Assembly (NCBI GenBank): GCA_002269645.1
Contig: NIVC01003160.1
Coordinates: 50,448 to 114,447 of the forward strand
DNA length: 64,000 bases
Origin: Macrostomum lignano
Lineage: Eukaryota
Direction of reading: 5' to 3'
Below are positions 25,700 to 36,472 of this stretch, piece after piece (position 1 is the stretch's first letter; each line of letters starts with the position of its first letter). Position numbers and translations under genes: made by a program. The notes below the pieces were generated by a model. It saw only the letters and a program-made list of their open reading frames with translations. It ran no database searches and was not told where the DNA came from.

Positions 25700-26275
25700 C
25701 AGTCGACAGAATAGCAGAATACAACAGAATGCATTGTTAGCCAGTCGAGCGTGAGACAATGTCACTGGGCGCGTTTCAGGGCCTGGGCGCGAACGTAGGC
25801 CGCACCGCCGGCGTCAGCCAGCAGGCAGTCGACGAAACGCCGAGTGCGCGCCTGTCCCAGCCGGTAGGGTGCCTGCAGCGTCAGCAGCAGCACCTCCTGC
25901 ACCGGCTGCGGGCAGAAGGACTCGGCTCGGATGATGTGGCCTGTCAGCTGAAGTCGCCGACGGCGCAACAGTTCGGTGGGACGGGACCGGCCGGTGCGGC
26001 GATAGAGTGCCGCTCGCAGCCGATCTTGAAGGCGGTGCATCGAGCGATGTTCGAGCGATTCCATTTGCGTCCAGGTCTCGGCGTTGTACAACAGGACCGT
26101 CTGGATCACCGCCTGGAACAACGCCGCCCTCTGGCGGTCAGGCGGACTGCAGGACAACCCTCACGGAAAGGAAGGCAGCCCAGGCAAGTCCACGGAAACT
26201 TTGCAGATCCTGGCAAACGTCAGGCACCAGACCACCAGGCCAACACTCGCCGCAACGCTTACCAGCAGGTCCCAT
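25700..26275 (-). mobile_element. RTE-clade LINE 3' fragment
   Basis: ALFQAVIQTVLLYNAETWT...RRRRLQLTGHIIRAE...GQARTRRFVDCLL are the post-RT motifs typical of RTE elements; TTG-rich 3' tail. Confidence 0.85.
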
Positions 26276-26387
26276 GCAGCTTCTTTCTTAGACTGTACTC
26301 TGAGAGGGAGCTTTTTGTTCAACATCTTCAGCAATTTCTTGTGCTACCATGCTTTGAGCAGTACCCTTTTCCGTGAGTGTGCAAGCA

Positions 26388-26616
26388 TTAGAAGTCTGCC
26401 GCTTGATTGTCGGCAACTTCACTAGGACTGTTAAGTCCCAGCAAGTCAGCAACTGGGTTGGCAAGGTTGTCCTCCATCGGTTGTTGCGGTTCTCTGTTGT
26501 GAATCTGCAGCAAAATCGACAGAGGATCTTCCTGCATGTCGTCGGCAGCTTGCTGAGGCCCTTGCGGCAACTCGTCTTGAAAGAAAGGCAAGGACATTGC
26601 ACCAGCTGGCTCGGAT
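26388..26616 (-). CDS. Possible short acidic ORF/terminal exon (MSLPFFQDELPQG...VADNQAADF*)
   Basis: Strong acceptor ctttcttttag| at 26617, ATG at 26597, acidic non-repetitive peptide with weak resemblance to ORF 36206-36472. Confidence 0.3.
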
Positions 26617-26759
26617 CTAAAAGAAAGAAAGCAACACTTATTGTCCATTGTTAATTTTTATAGTCACCCATCAATCCAGCCTCTCTACCAGGGAAGTCTA
26701 TACATCTAGTATCTGGGTTCTATACCTCTATGTGTCAACTCACAAATTTCTATTCTCCA

Positions 26760-29060
26760 AGACCTCAACTCACTAATCTCTCCTTTCTGTACAAACTCTC
26801 AACTCACTAATCTCTCCATTCTGTACAAACTCAACTCACTTATCTCTCCACTCTGTACAAACTCTCAACTCACTTATCTCTCCTTTCTGTACAAACTCTC
26901 AACTCACTAATCTCTCCACTCTGTACAAACTCTCAACTCACTAATCTCTCCACTCTGTACAAACTCTCAACTCACTAATCTCTCCATTCTGTACAAACTC
27001 TCAACTCACTAATCTCTCCACTCTGTACAAACTCTCAACTCACTAATCTCTCCATTCTGTACAAACTCTCAACTCACTAATCTCTCCACTGTACAAACTC
27101 TCAACTCACTAATCTCTCCATTCTGTACAAACTCTCAACACACTAATCTCTACATTCTGTACAAACTCTCAACTCACTAATCTCTCCATTCTGTACAAAC
27201 TCTCAACTCACTTATCTCTCCTTTCTGTACAAACTCTCAACTCACTAATCTCTCCACTCTGTACAAACTCTCAACTCACTAATCTCTCCACTCTGTACAA
27301 ACTCTCAACTCACTAATCTCTCCATTCTGTACAAACTCTCAACTCACTAATCTCTCCACTGTACAAACTCTCAACTCACTAATCTCTCCATTCTGTACAA
27401 ACTCTCAACACACTAATCTCTACATTCTGTACAAACTCTCAACTCACTAATCTCTCCATTCCCTACAAACTCTCAACTCACTAATCTCTCCATTCTGTAC
27501 AAACTCTCAACTCACTAATCTCTCCATTCTGTACAAACTCTCAACTCACTAATCTCTCCATTCTGTACAAACTCAACTCACTTATCTCTCCACTGTACAA
27601 ACTCTCAACTCACTAATCTCTCCATTCTGTACAAACTCTCAACTCACTAATCTCTCCATTCTGTACAAACTCTCAACACACTAATCTCTCCATTCTGTAC
27701 AAACTCTCAACTCACTAATCTCTACATTCTGTACAAACTCTCAACTCACTAATCTCTCCATTCTGTACAAACTCTCAACTCACTAATCTCTCCATTCTGT
27801 ACAAACTCTCAACACACTAATCTCTACATTCTGTACAAACTCTCAACTCACTAATCTCTCCATTCCCTACAAACTCTCAACTCACTAATCTCTCCATTCC
27901 CTACAAACTCTCAACTCACTAATCTCTCTCCATTCCCTACAAACTCTCAACTCACTAATCTCTCTCCATTCCCTACAAACTCTCAACTCACTAATCTCTC
28001 TCCATTCCCTACAAACTCTCAACTCACTAATCTCTCTCCATTCCCTACAAACTCTCAAATTACTAATCTCTCTCCATTCCCTACAAACTCTCAAATTACT
28101 AATCTCTCTTCATTCCCTACAACTCTCAAATTACTAATCTCTCTCCATTCCCTACAAACTCTCAACTCACTAATCTCTCTCCATTCCCTACAAACTCTCA
28201 ACTCACTAATCTCTCTCCATTCCCTACAAACTCTCAACTCACTAATCTCTCTCCATTCCCTACAAACTCTCAAATTACTAATCTCTCTCCATTCCCTACA
28301 AACTCTCAAATTACTAATCTCTCTCCATTCCCTACAAACTCTCAAATTACTAATCTCTCTCCATTCCCTACAAACTCTCAAATTACTAATCTCTCTCCAT
28401 TCCCTACAAACTCTCAAATTACTAATCTCTCTCCATTCCCTACAAACTCTCAACTCACTAATCTCTCTCCATTCCCTACAAACTCTCAAATTAATAATCT
28501 CTCTCTTTATTCCCTACAAACTCTCAAATTACTAATCTCTCTTCATTCCCTACAACTCTCAAATTACTAATCTCTCTCCATTCCCTACAAACTCTCAACT
28601 CACTAATCTCTCTCCATTCCCTACAAACTCTCAACTCACTAATCTCTCTCCATTCCCTACAAACTCTCAACTCACTAATCTCTCTCCATTCCCTACAAAC
28701 TCTCAAATTACTAATCTCTCTCCATTCCCTACAAACTCTCAAATTACTAATCTCTCTCCATTCCCTACAAACTCTCAAATTACTAATCTCTCTCCATTCC
28801 CTACAAACTCTCAAATTACTAATCTCTCTCCATTCCCTACAAACTCTCAAATTACTAATCTCTCTCCATTCCCTACAAACTCTCAACTCACTAATCTCTG
28901 CATTCCCTACAAACTCTCAACTCAACCCTTCACTCCCTCGTCCTTCATGCTTTTCTCCCTTCACTCTCTGCCCCTTCACTCTCTCTCCATTCTGTACAGA
29001 CTCTCAAGTCACTAATCTCTACAGTCTACATTCTGTACAAAATCTGAACTCACTAATCTC
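26760..29060 (+). repeat. Minisatellite grading from a 34-bp unit (CTGTACAAACTCTCAACTCACTAATCTCTCCATT) to a 36-bp unit (CCCTACAAACTCTCAAATTACTAATCTCTCTCCATT)
   Basis: Direct reading; unit switch around 27870-27900. Confidence 0.96.
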
Positions 29061-29589
29061 TTCGCATTCTAATTCTATTTCGCATTTGTAGTGCAATATC
29101 GGAGACAAAAGTCTCTAAAATCAGTCACTGTATTGTTGTTTCCTAATAGGCTATATTCTTCCATATTTTCGAGTACTTACGGGTATCAAAGCGCGCTTTA
29201 AACTTTTCTTTATTTGTTAAAAGCTGTAATTTAAAAAAATCGTTTTAAAAAACCATAGAATGAACCAATAATTTTATAGCTACTCAAACAGTAGACAACA
29301 GAGCTTTAACAGTCACAGCATGAGTTGCATTTGTATCGGCGCCCTCTGTGTTCAGTTTCGCTATAAGGTACTAAGTAAGGTTGGCTGGATGAAACACGGA
29401 AACACACATTTAATTTTTCTGAGGCAACAAGCAAACAAAAGATTAGTGAGAGGTAGAAGGCAGAGGCTGACTTTAGTAGTCGTAGTTTCCGGCATTATTA
29501 ACACAAGTTTTTATAAATACGAGCGTTCACATGGTTGATAAATCTGACTAAAATTTTACGACTTTTTCAGCACTATGCCGTCAAGAAAA

Positions 29590-30015
29590 CGGTATCTCTC
29601 AGGGTATCTATCTGGGTATCTATCTGGGTATCTATCTGGGTGTCTATCTGTATATCTATCTGGGTGTCTATCTGTGTATCTATCTGGGTGTCTATCTGGG
29701 TATCCATCTGGGTGTCTCTTTGGGTATCTATCTGGGTATCTATCTGGGTATCTATCTGGGTGTCTATCTGTGTATCTATCTGGGTGTCTATCTGGGTATC
29801 CATCTGGGTGTCTCTTTGGGTATCTATCTGGGTATCTATCTGGGTATCTATCTGGGTGTCTATCTGTGTATCTATCTGGGTGTCTATCTGGGTATCCATC
29901 TGGGTGTCTCTCTGGGAATCTATCTGGGTATCTATCTGGGTATCTATCTGAGTGTCTCTCTGGGTGTCTCTTTGGGTATCTATCTGGGTATCTATCTTTG
30001 TATCTATCTGGGTAT
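29590..30015 (+). repeat. 12-bp minisatellite (TATCTATCTGGG)n
   Basis: Direct reading. Confidence 0.95.
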
Positions 30016-30146
30016 CTGGGTAAGATTTTATGATATAATGTGTTTAGAGAATGTGATTTTTAGGGTTTGTGATGATGCCCCCCCCCCAATTGAGTTGCCA
30101 AATTGATATGAAGGTGAATATGAATCTCTCAACTTATCATTGTGTA

Positions 30147-30155
30147 CTCTCTCTC

Positions 30156-30200
<45 letters not shown>
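30147..30200 (+). repeat. (CT)n microsatellite
   Basis: Direct reading. Confidence 0.97.
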
Positions 30201-30203
<3 letters not shown>

Positions 30204-30439
30204 ACTCCTAATTGCTAATTAGAGAGATTGCTAAGAACTTTGATAAACTACAAAATAAACCAGTCTCCCGCATACTTGCCGCATTTACACGGCAACGTAA
30301 TCTACAGAGCCTCCTGGCTCCCAATAAATTTAAATCTCAGCCAGGAAACCATTGAATCATTTGAACCAATCCGCTCACTTTACCCTATTGAAGTACAATA
30401 TTTATTCACTTTGGGCCCATTCTATAAAGCCATCGTAAG

Positions 30440-30900
30440 ATAAGATCGTTCTTAGCTCCTATCTCCGCCGTGTAAAAGTTCCGACGTACGATCGAACTTA
30501 CGCTACGACAGCTTTATAGTACGACCCCTTTGTCATTTATTTTATCCAAACTTGATTGTACGCATAAATATCGATTTTTATGCTCCTACCTCCAATACCG
30601 GCATTTCATCTAATCGTATAGTACTTCGAAAGGAACAATTTTTATATAATAAATACGCTCGTATACTGTCGATTGAAATGAATGGTGAAAAGCCTCTGGG
30701 ACAAGTTAGAGCTAGGCAAAACAGGGCTTGAAATGTACATCCCTCATATGTACAACTACTCATCAATTTTATCAGACTAAGAAGAATAATACTTAAAAGA
30801 CCAACTTGCATTGCATTACACACAGATTTTTGGCCTGACGAAGAGCCCAGAGGCTTGAAACTGGTAGCCTATTTTCTAAAATTATGTTTTACTCTCTCTG
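30440..30900 (+). mobile_element. Penelope-like element 3' remnant (degenerate GIY-YIG C-terminus plus pLTR with hammerhead)
   Basis: Frame ...RIVLRKEQFLYNKYARILSIEMNGEKPLGQVRARQNRA* (stop 30729-30731) resembles the R..E..I.....N tail of GIY-YIG domains. A hammerhead motif follows about 100 nt later, as in PLE pLTRs. Confidence 0.55.
30832..30869 (+). ncRNA. Minimal type I hammerhead ribozyme (PLE-type), predicted cleavage after A30866
   Basis: GGC-CUGACGA-A-[GAGCC caga GGCUU]-GAAA-CUGG-UA^GCC: complete catalytic core, stem I GGC/GCC, and a single-pair stem III with a quasi-palindromic tetraloop. Confidence 0.75.
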
Positions 30901-31189
30901 CGCCCATAGCAGTAAAAAACGGGCTCTGCCTTACCTTTAAAGTTTGCTATGGCTGCGACCGATACGAACAAGCAGTCGAGCAGTCCTGTATGTTTGGTCC
31001 GTAGGGTGTACTATCTGTGTGGGGGTAAATAAGAGCAAATGTGAAAAGCACAAATTGCAAAACAAGTTTTCACGAGCAAAGTTTTCAAGTTTGTCAAATG
31101 TACTGCCCATTAGCCCTATGTGTTTAAGAGATGTTATGAACTATTAAGAGAGGATATAATTAACGCGTTGACCTCTTTTACTCTTGTCT

Positions 31190-31600
31190 CACTATCTCTT
31201 CTTCATTCACTCCCTCTCACTCGTTCACTCTCTCTTCCTCATTCACTCCCTCTCGCTCATCCATTCTCTCTTCCTCATTCACTCCCTCTCGCTCATTCTG
31301 TCTCTCTTCCTCATTCACTCCCTCTCGCTCATTCACTCTCTCTTCCTCATTCACTCCCTCTCGCTCATTCACTCTCTCTTCCTCATTCACTCCCTCTCGC
31401 TCATTCACTCTCTCTTCCTCATTCACTCCCTCTCGCTCATTCACTCTCTCTTCCTCATCCATTCTCTCTTCATCATTCACTCTTTCTGCCTTATTCACTC
31501 TCTCTTCCTCATTCACTCTCTCTCCATCAATCTCTCTTCACCATTCACTCTTTCTGCCTTATTCACTCTCTCTTCTTCATCCAGTCTCTTTTTCGTTCAC
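31190..31600 (+). repeat. 36-bp (2x18) CT-rich minisatellite (CTCATTCACTCCCTCTCG CTCATTCACTCTCTCTTC)n
   Basis: Direct reading. Confidence 0.93.
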
Positions 31601-31609
31601 TCTCTTTTT

Positions 31610-31815
31610 GAGATGCCTGCCACCACAAAAAATTCTTGCTTATTGTTGTCCAATCCATGTACGCTTCTGCACTATTTTTAGACAATTCCAAATGTTCCAA
31701 TGTACAGCCAACAATGGAAACAATGTACACTTTAAAAGTGAAGTTTGCCTGAACTTGAACGAGTTCAGTATAGCGCTCTTTAAGCCATGCGGTTAAACCA
31801 CGGCAGTTCTGCGGC
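31610..31815 (-). CDS. Possible isolated coding exon
   Basis: Open, protein-like frame NCRGLTAWLKERYTELVQVQANFTFKVYIVSIVGCTLEHLELSKNSAEAYMDWTTISKNFLWW after a cag acceptor, set between two arrays. Family not recognised. Confidence 0.25.
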
Positions 31816-32069
31816 TGAACCGTGGGCAACCCAAACAGTTCTATTAAATATCATATGCTGAAGGGAGGGCCAAATCAATCAAACAAATCAAATTAACTTT
31901 CAAATCAAATCAACTCTCTTATTTTATACATGCGTTTAAGGAATCGCTTAACTTTAATCCGTTTTTCGTATTGTTGCGCTACTTGAAAACCAATTTTTTA
32001 TTGTCTTCGAAAATGGAAACAAAAAAGGTAATCTCATTTTTTAAAAGTTTCTTAGCTTTGGAAATACCG

Positions 32070-32985
32070 TTCTCTGCTCCCTTTACTCTCTTCTCCTTCA
32101 TGCTTTTCTCCCTTTACTCTCTGCCCCTTCACTCTCTCCTCCTTCATGCTTTTCTCCCTTCACTCTCTGCCCCTTCACTCTCTGCCCCTTCACTCTCTGC
32201 CCCTTCACTCTCTGCCCCTTCACTCTCTCCTCCTTCATGCTTTTCTCCTTAACTCTCTGCCCCTTCACTCCCTCCTCCTTCATGCTTTTCTCCCTTCACT
32301 CTCTGCCCCTTCACTCCCTCCTCCTTCATGCTTTTCTCCCTTCACTCTCTGCTCCCTTTACTCTCTCCTCCTTCATGCTTTTCTCCCTTCACTCTCTGCT
32401 CCCTTTACTCTCTCCTCCTTCATGCTTTTCTCCCTTCACTCTCTGCCCCTTCACTCTCTCCTCCTTCATGCTTTTCTCCCTTCACTCTCTGCTCCCTTTA
32501 CTCTCTCCTCCTTCATGCTTTTCTCCCTTCACTCTCTGCCCCTTCACTCTCTCCTCCTTCATGCTTTTCTCCCTTCACTCTCTGCTCCCTTTACTCTCTC
32601 CTCCTTCATGCTTTTCTCCCTTCACTCTCTGCCCCTTCACTCTCTGCCCCTTCACTCTCTGCCCCTTCACTCTCTCCTCATTCATGCTTTTCTCCCTTCA
32701 CTCTCTGCCCCTTCACTCTCTCCTCCTTCATGCTTTTCTCCCTTCACTCTCTGCTCCCTTTACTCTCTCCTCCTTCATGCTTTTCTCCCTTCACTCTCTG
32801 CCCCTTCACTCTCTCCTCCTTCATGCTTTTCTCCCTTCACTCTCTGCCCTTTCACTCTCTCCTCCTTCATGCTTTTCTCCCTTCACTCTCTGCTCCCTTT
32901 ACTCTCTCCTCCTTCATGCTTTTCTCCCTTCACTCTCTGTTCCCTTCACTCTCTTCTCCCTTCACTCTCTGGTCATTTCACTCTC
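32070..32985 (+). repeat. Composite CT-rich minisatellite (CCCTTCACTCTCTGC / CTCCTCCTTCATGCTTTTCT modules)
   Basis: Direct reading. Confidence 0.94.
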
Positions 32986-34213
32986 CTTAAATTATTTTCT
33001 CGAAAAAATTCTTAGTTGGCTGATGTAAATTTGCTGCGAAAACTGGTTTTCCAGTGGCATTGATGGGATTTATTCGAGTTTTAGCGTACTTCTTTCTACT
33101 TGAGTTGCCTGTGCATACGCTACCAATCGTTGCTAAAAAAAGTGTACTTACAATCAACCCGCAGCCCATACGACATCGCGCGCCCTTGCGTAGATGAACG
33201 CCACTGTTCGACATCAATAAGCCACTTGTTGTTGAACTGTTGATGCTCTGCTTGTGAGCAAGTCGAAAACAGTCTTTGTTGACTCATCCGCTGCCTGGCT
33301 AGGATGCGGGTTCAGCACCAGCTGAAGCTGGTGCACAGGATTCGGTGCCACTACAGCGCTGTTTTCTAAAGCTTGAGCAGGCGCACTTTCAAGTTGAGCC
33401 GGCAGGATGGGGTGATGCTGGTTGGCCATCTCTTTTCTCTGTCTGCCGGAGATTAAGAAAGATGACAAGCTTTACGAGGAGATTATTACAATTCAGCTCG
33501 TATTCGCTTGATTCGCTTGATTCAGCTTGATTTCATTCTCTGGTAACCCAACAATGAATTTTGTTGCATTTGTTTCAAATCTAAATGCAACAGCTGATGA
33601 TCTTGTGTTGCAAGTTGGTTGGAGTGTCTGTAGAGGGAATTCTAAAGACAATAGGATAGAATATATCTAGATATAGATATAAAAACTGGTCCCTCTCACC
33701 CACCCCAGCTCGATCGATATGTGGTACAGGGCGGGCCTCTTCCATTGTGCTCCTATTGGACACATGCAATTGAGATACATTTTTTCTTATTTTTTACATA
33801 AAACGCCATCAAAATCAAATACATAAAAGTAATGAAATTAAATTAAATTACCCCGAAATGTCCTTCAAAGTCCAAGCTCTCAGATTAAGAAAAATTGCTG
33901 TGCGCAGCAGCTTCTTTCTCCTTCCTGCCTTTCTTAATAAGTGCGACTGTCTTTCGCAATTTTCTTCATGCGAATTCTGATGTAAAACATGCTCATAACT
34001 TCATCAAATGCAGCTTGTGTGGTTGTGTGACTCAATACCTGTGCTAACAGCTGCTGAATGCGAATCTAATTCAGAGAATAGCGGTTGAAATTCAAAGTGA
34101 AATTCTAATTCAAAGTCTCTTAAACAGCGATTGAGCTTGAAAAGCAGCTATCAAAGCTGGAGCGGCGAATAATCGTTTCGGCGTTCAGCAGAATATATAA
34201 ATCCTTCAGGCTT

Positions 34214-34345
34214 TCTGGGGCGGAGGGGAGGAGAATCCGAGGGCCGCTCGGCTACCGGAACGCGAGAACAGCCACGCTACTTTGGGTTTGGGTACAGAAT
34301 TGTGAGGTTTCGCGGCCCTCGGATTCTCCTCCTTTCTGCCCTGGA
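34214..34345 (+). other. Long inverted repeat/hairpin (21-bp perfect core plus 13 further pairs with G.U wobbles, 64-nt loop)
   Basis: GGAGGAGAATCCGAGGGCCGC (34227-34247) is the exact reverse complement of 34312-34332. Confidence 0.85.
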
Positions 34346-34363
34346 TAACCTGCTGGATTTGTA

Positions 34364-35035
34364 TTCCTTCTTGATTTTGCGGGCGGGCCGAGAAACGACA
34401 TTCTTCGGCCCGCGAGTCAAACTGCATTTGCTTCAGTCTAAGTTCAGTGCAAGTCCTGATTATCGGCCCGCAAGAAAATGGAATTTGTCTATGGCACAAA
34501 ATGCAAACTGTATTTCATTTTAGCTCTGAGCCTAAAAGAGCGACTGACAAAGTAATACACTCGTAATTAGTCTAACTTTTTATTAAAACTGAATTCCATT
34601 AACTCCTGACCCGAGCGTTCTGAGAACATGACATCGCCTCCTTCTGAGTCCTGTATAGAAGGAGGCGAGATTTCTGGGTTGCAGCGCGAAGAAATCGACT
34701 TTGTATGCCAACTCCGTGGCCGTGGGCGAATGTTCAATCAGTACACTGGCTTGCCTGTGCCTGGAATTGGAGTCAGCAAGGCGCTCGACAACGGCCTGTT
34801 GGATGATCTTATAAGTGATTTTCCTATAAGTGAGTACCTCTGAACGCCATGTACTGTAAAGACGGCGTGGGTTGCACCACAAGACTATATTAAATCGTTA
34901 CTGTTGTCCTCTTTGTAATGTTGCACTTTTAACGTTTTAAATACAATCGTTTCGGCTTCGTCTATGGCCCAGCCCGATATCGGGCAGAGAATGGGCCATT
35001 TCTTAAGCAGTCTTGCCCGCAAAATCAAGCAGGAA
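34364..35035. mobile_element. 672-bp non-autonomous TIR element with TA target duplication, nested in the P transposase
   Basis: TIR TTCCT(T/G)CTTGATTTTGCGGGC, 20/21. Flanks G-TA-[element]-TA-C reconstitute a GTAC site. Subterminal GCCCG motifs and the palindrome GCCCGATATCGGGC (34972-34985) are present. Confidence 0.65.
34628..34843 (+). CDS. 71-aa acidic micro-ORF inside the TIR element, paralogous to ORF 36206-36472
   Basis: ESCIEGGEISGLQREEIDFVCQLRGR versus ESILEE-DISGLEMNEIEFLQQLGHR (13/26 identical by hand alignment). Confidence 0.35.
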   Translation: MTSPPSESCIEGGEISGLQREEIDFVCQLRGRGRMFNQYTGLPVPGIGVSKALDNGLLDDLISDFPISEYL

Positions 35036-36205
35036 TACGTAGTTCTTGAAATGCTTGGACGCAGAATCCTGGAAGGCATCGCACACTTGAGATCCATTTC
35101 CGTAAAGAAGATGGATGCGCGGAAGCTGGAAAAAGTTTCTCACGTATTCGTATGCCTTAGGACTGTAATAGTGCAACGTGGAAGCAAATCGCCGAACTTC
35201 AGAAGGAAATTTTTTATCCTCTTGCTTTTAGTTGGCACTAGACAGCTCAACAATGAATTTGATGACAGAAACTGCAGATGGGATGCTGCAGCTTCGTCCA
35301 AAATATTCTTTGTGACTTCGACCGCGCCCTCAGTCGCTGGTGCTTCTTGTTCAGCTCCCTGAGCACAGCAATCGTTGCCACACTTTCTCTTTTTTTCTCT
35401 TTTTTGATGCACTATAGAAGCTGCTGGCTGCATGGATAAGAATGCTTTAATTGGTTTTTGCTGGATATTTTTGCAAGGAAATATTTATTTTCCCTTCCTG
35501 AGGTTTTAAACTCTTTATAATGAGTTAATTTCAAGCTTGAAAACTTGCACTTGCCCATTTTTTGTCCCACATATCGATCGAAGTTGGGGCTTTGGGGAAG
35601 GACCATTTTTTGTGTTGTTTTTTTTGTCCCACAACGCGCCTATGGGCAGGCCCCCAAGATTCGCAGTCTATATTCTATTTGGGCTGTGGATTCACCACAG
35701 CAATGTTATTACACAGATGTCAATAAAAAGGATGTACTTTGACTACATAAGAATATTTTAAGCACTTTTTATGATTCATATTCATAAATTCGATTTGTAA
35801 AGCACTATTTATCGTTACAATTCCTACTCTGAATGGATCATGCAATTATTGTTATGGGTAGCCTGCCTGGGTTGAAACGCGATTGAAACGCTCTACATTT
35901 GTCCGCCGTCACTGTCTATGGTTGAAGCATATTTCAATTATATTAAATTCATCACTTATAGTCACTGTATATTTCACTGCCAACAAACACAAGACCAAAC
36001 ACAACAGGAATGAAACACGAAGTAAACGAAATAATTCAGTAAATAACGCTTGGAAGCTCAAAATGATATGTGGCTGGAGAGTTCATCAATAGTTACCTCA
36101 ATAGTTACATCTGTCAGTTAGCGTGGTGTAATGTTGAATGTGCGATTCTCAAATTTGCAGTTCTCAAAAACGCTCGCCTGGTTGGCACCAATCGATACGC
36201 CCTGG

Positions 36206-36472
36206 TTAGCTACAATTGACCCAGGCAGCCTCTTCGACGTCTTGCACAGCAGCTTCCTCTTCTTCCGTCAGTTCCCGCAGAAGCTCGGCATTATTCAGAA
36301 TGCTTGGATTGGACAATTCTGCGTCAATCAACTCCTGCTGTCTTACGGTCACACTGGTCCACTGACTAACTTCTTCACCAGGATCACGATGTCCAAGTTG
36401 CTGCAGAAACTCAATCTCATTCATTTCTAAACCGCTAATATCTTCCTCTAGTATTGATTCCCAGTGAAACAT
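36206..36472 (-). CDS. 88-aa acidic ORF of unknown function
   Basis: ATG-initiated, non-repetitive, with a paralog at 34628. An alternative-frame tail SVFENCKFENRTFNI runs to about 36120. Confidence 0.4.
   Translation of the reverse strand: MFHWESILEEDISGLEMNEIEFLQQLGHRDPGEEVSQWTSVTVRQQELIDAELSNPSILNNAELLRELTEEEEAAVQDVEEAAWVNCS

Larger units (their letters stand above)
33880..35400 (-). pseudogene. Decayed, internally deleted P-element/THAP9-like transposase
   Basis: Across frameshifts: LRELNKKHQRLRARS (coiled coil), KNILDEAAASHLQ, KKFPSEVRRFASTLHYYSPKAYEYVRNFFQLP, HPSSLRKWISSVRCLPGFCVQAFQEL. After the insertions come C-terminal motifs ILLNAETIIRR, LFSELDSH...SHNH, FYIRIRMKKIAK and RRKKLLRTAIFLN. 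No catalytic DDE core was found. Confidence 0.75.

Noticed and set aside
34885-35433. Two in-frame minus-strand ORFs separated by a single TGA (possible selenocysteine/readthrough)
   Set aside because: The real coding signal (P transposase motifs) lies in other frames across this point, and the downstream part belongs to the inserted TIR element.
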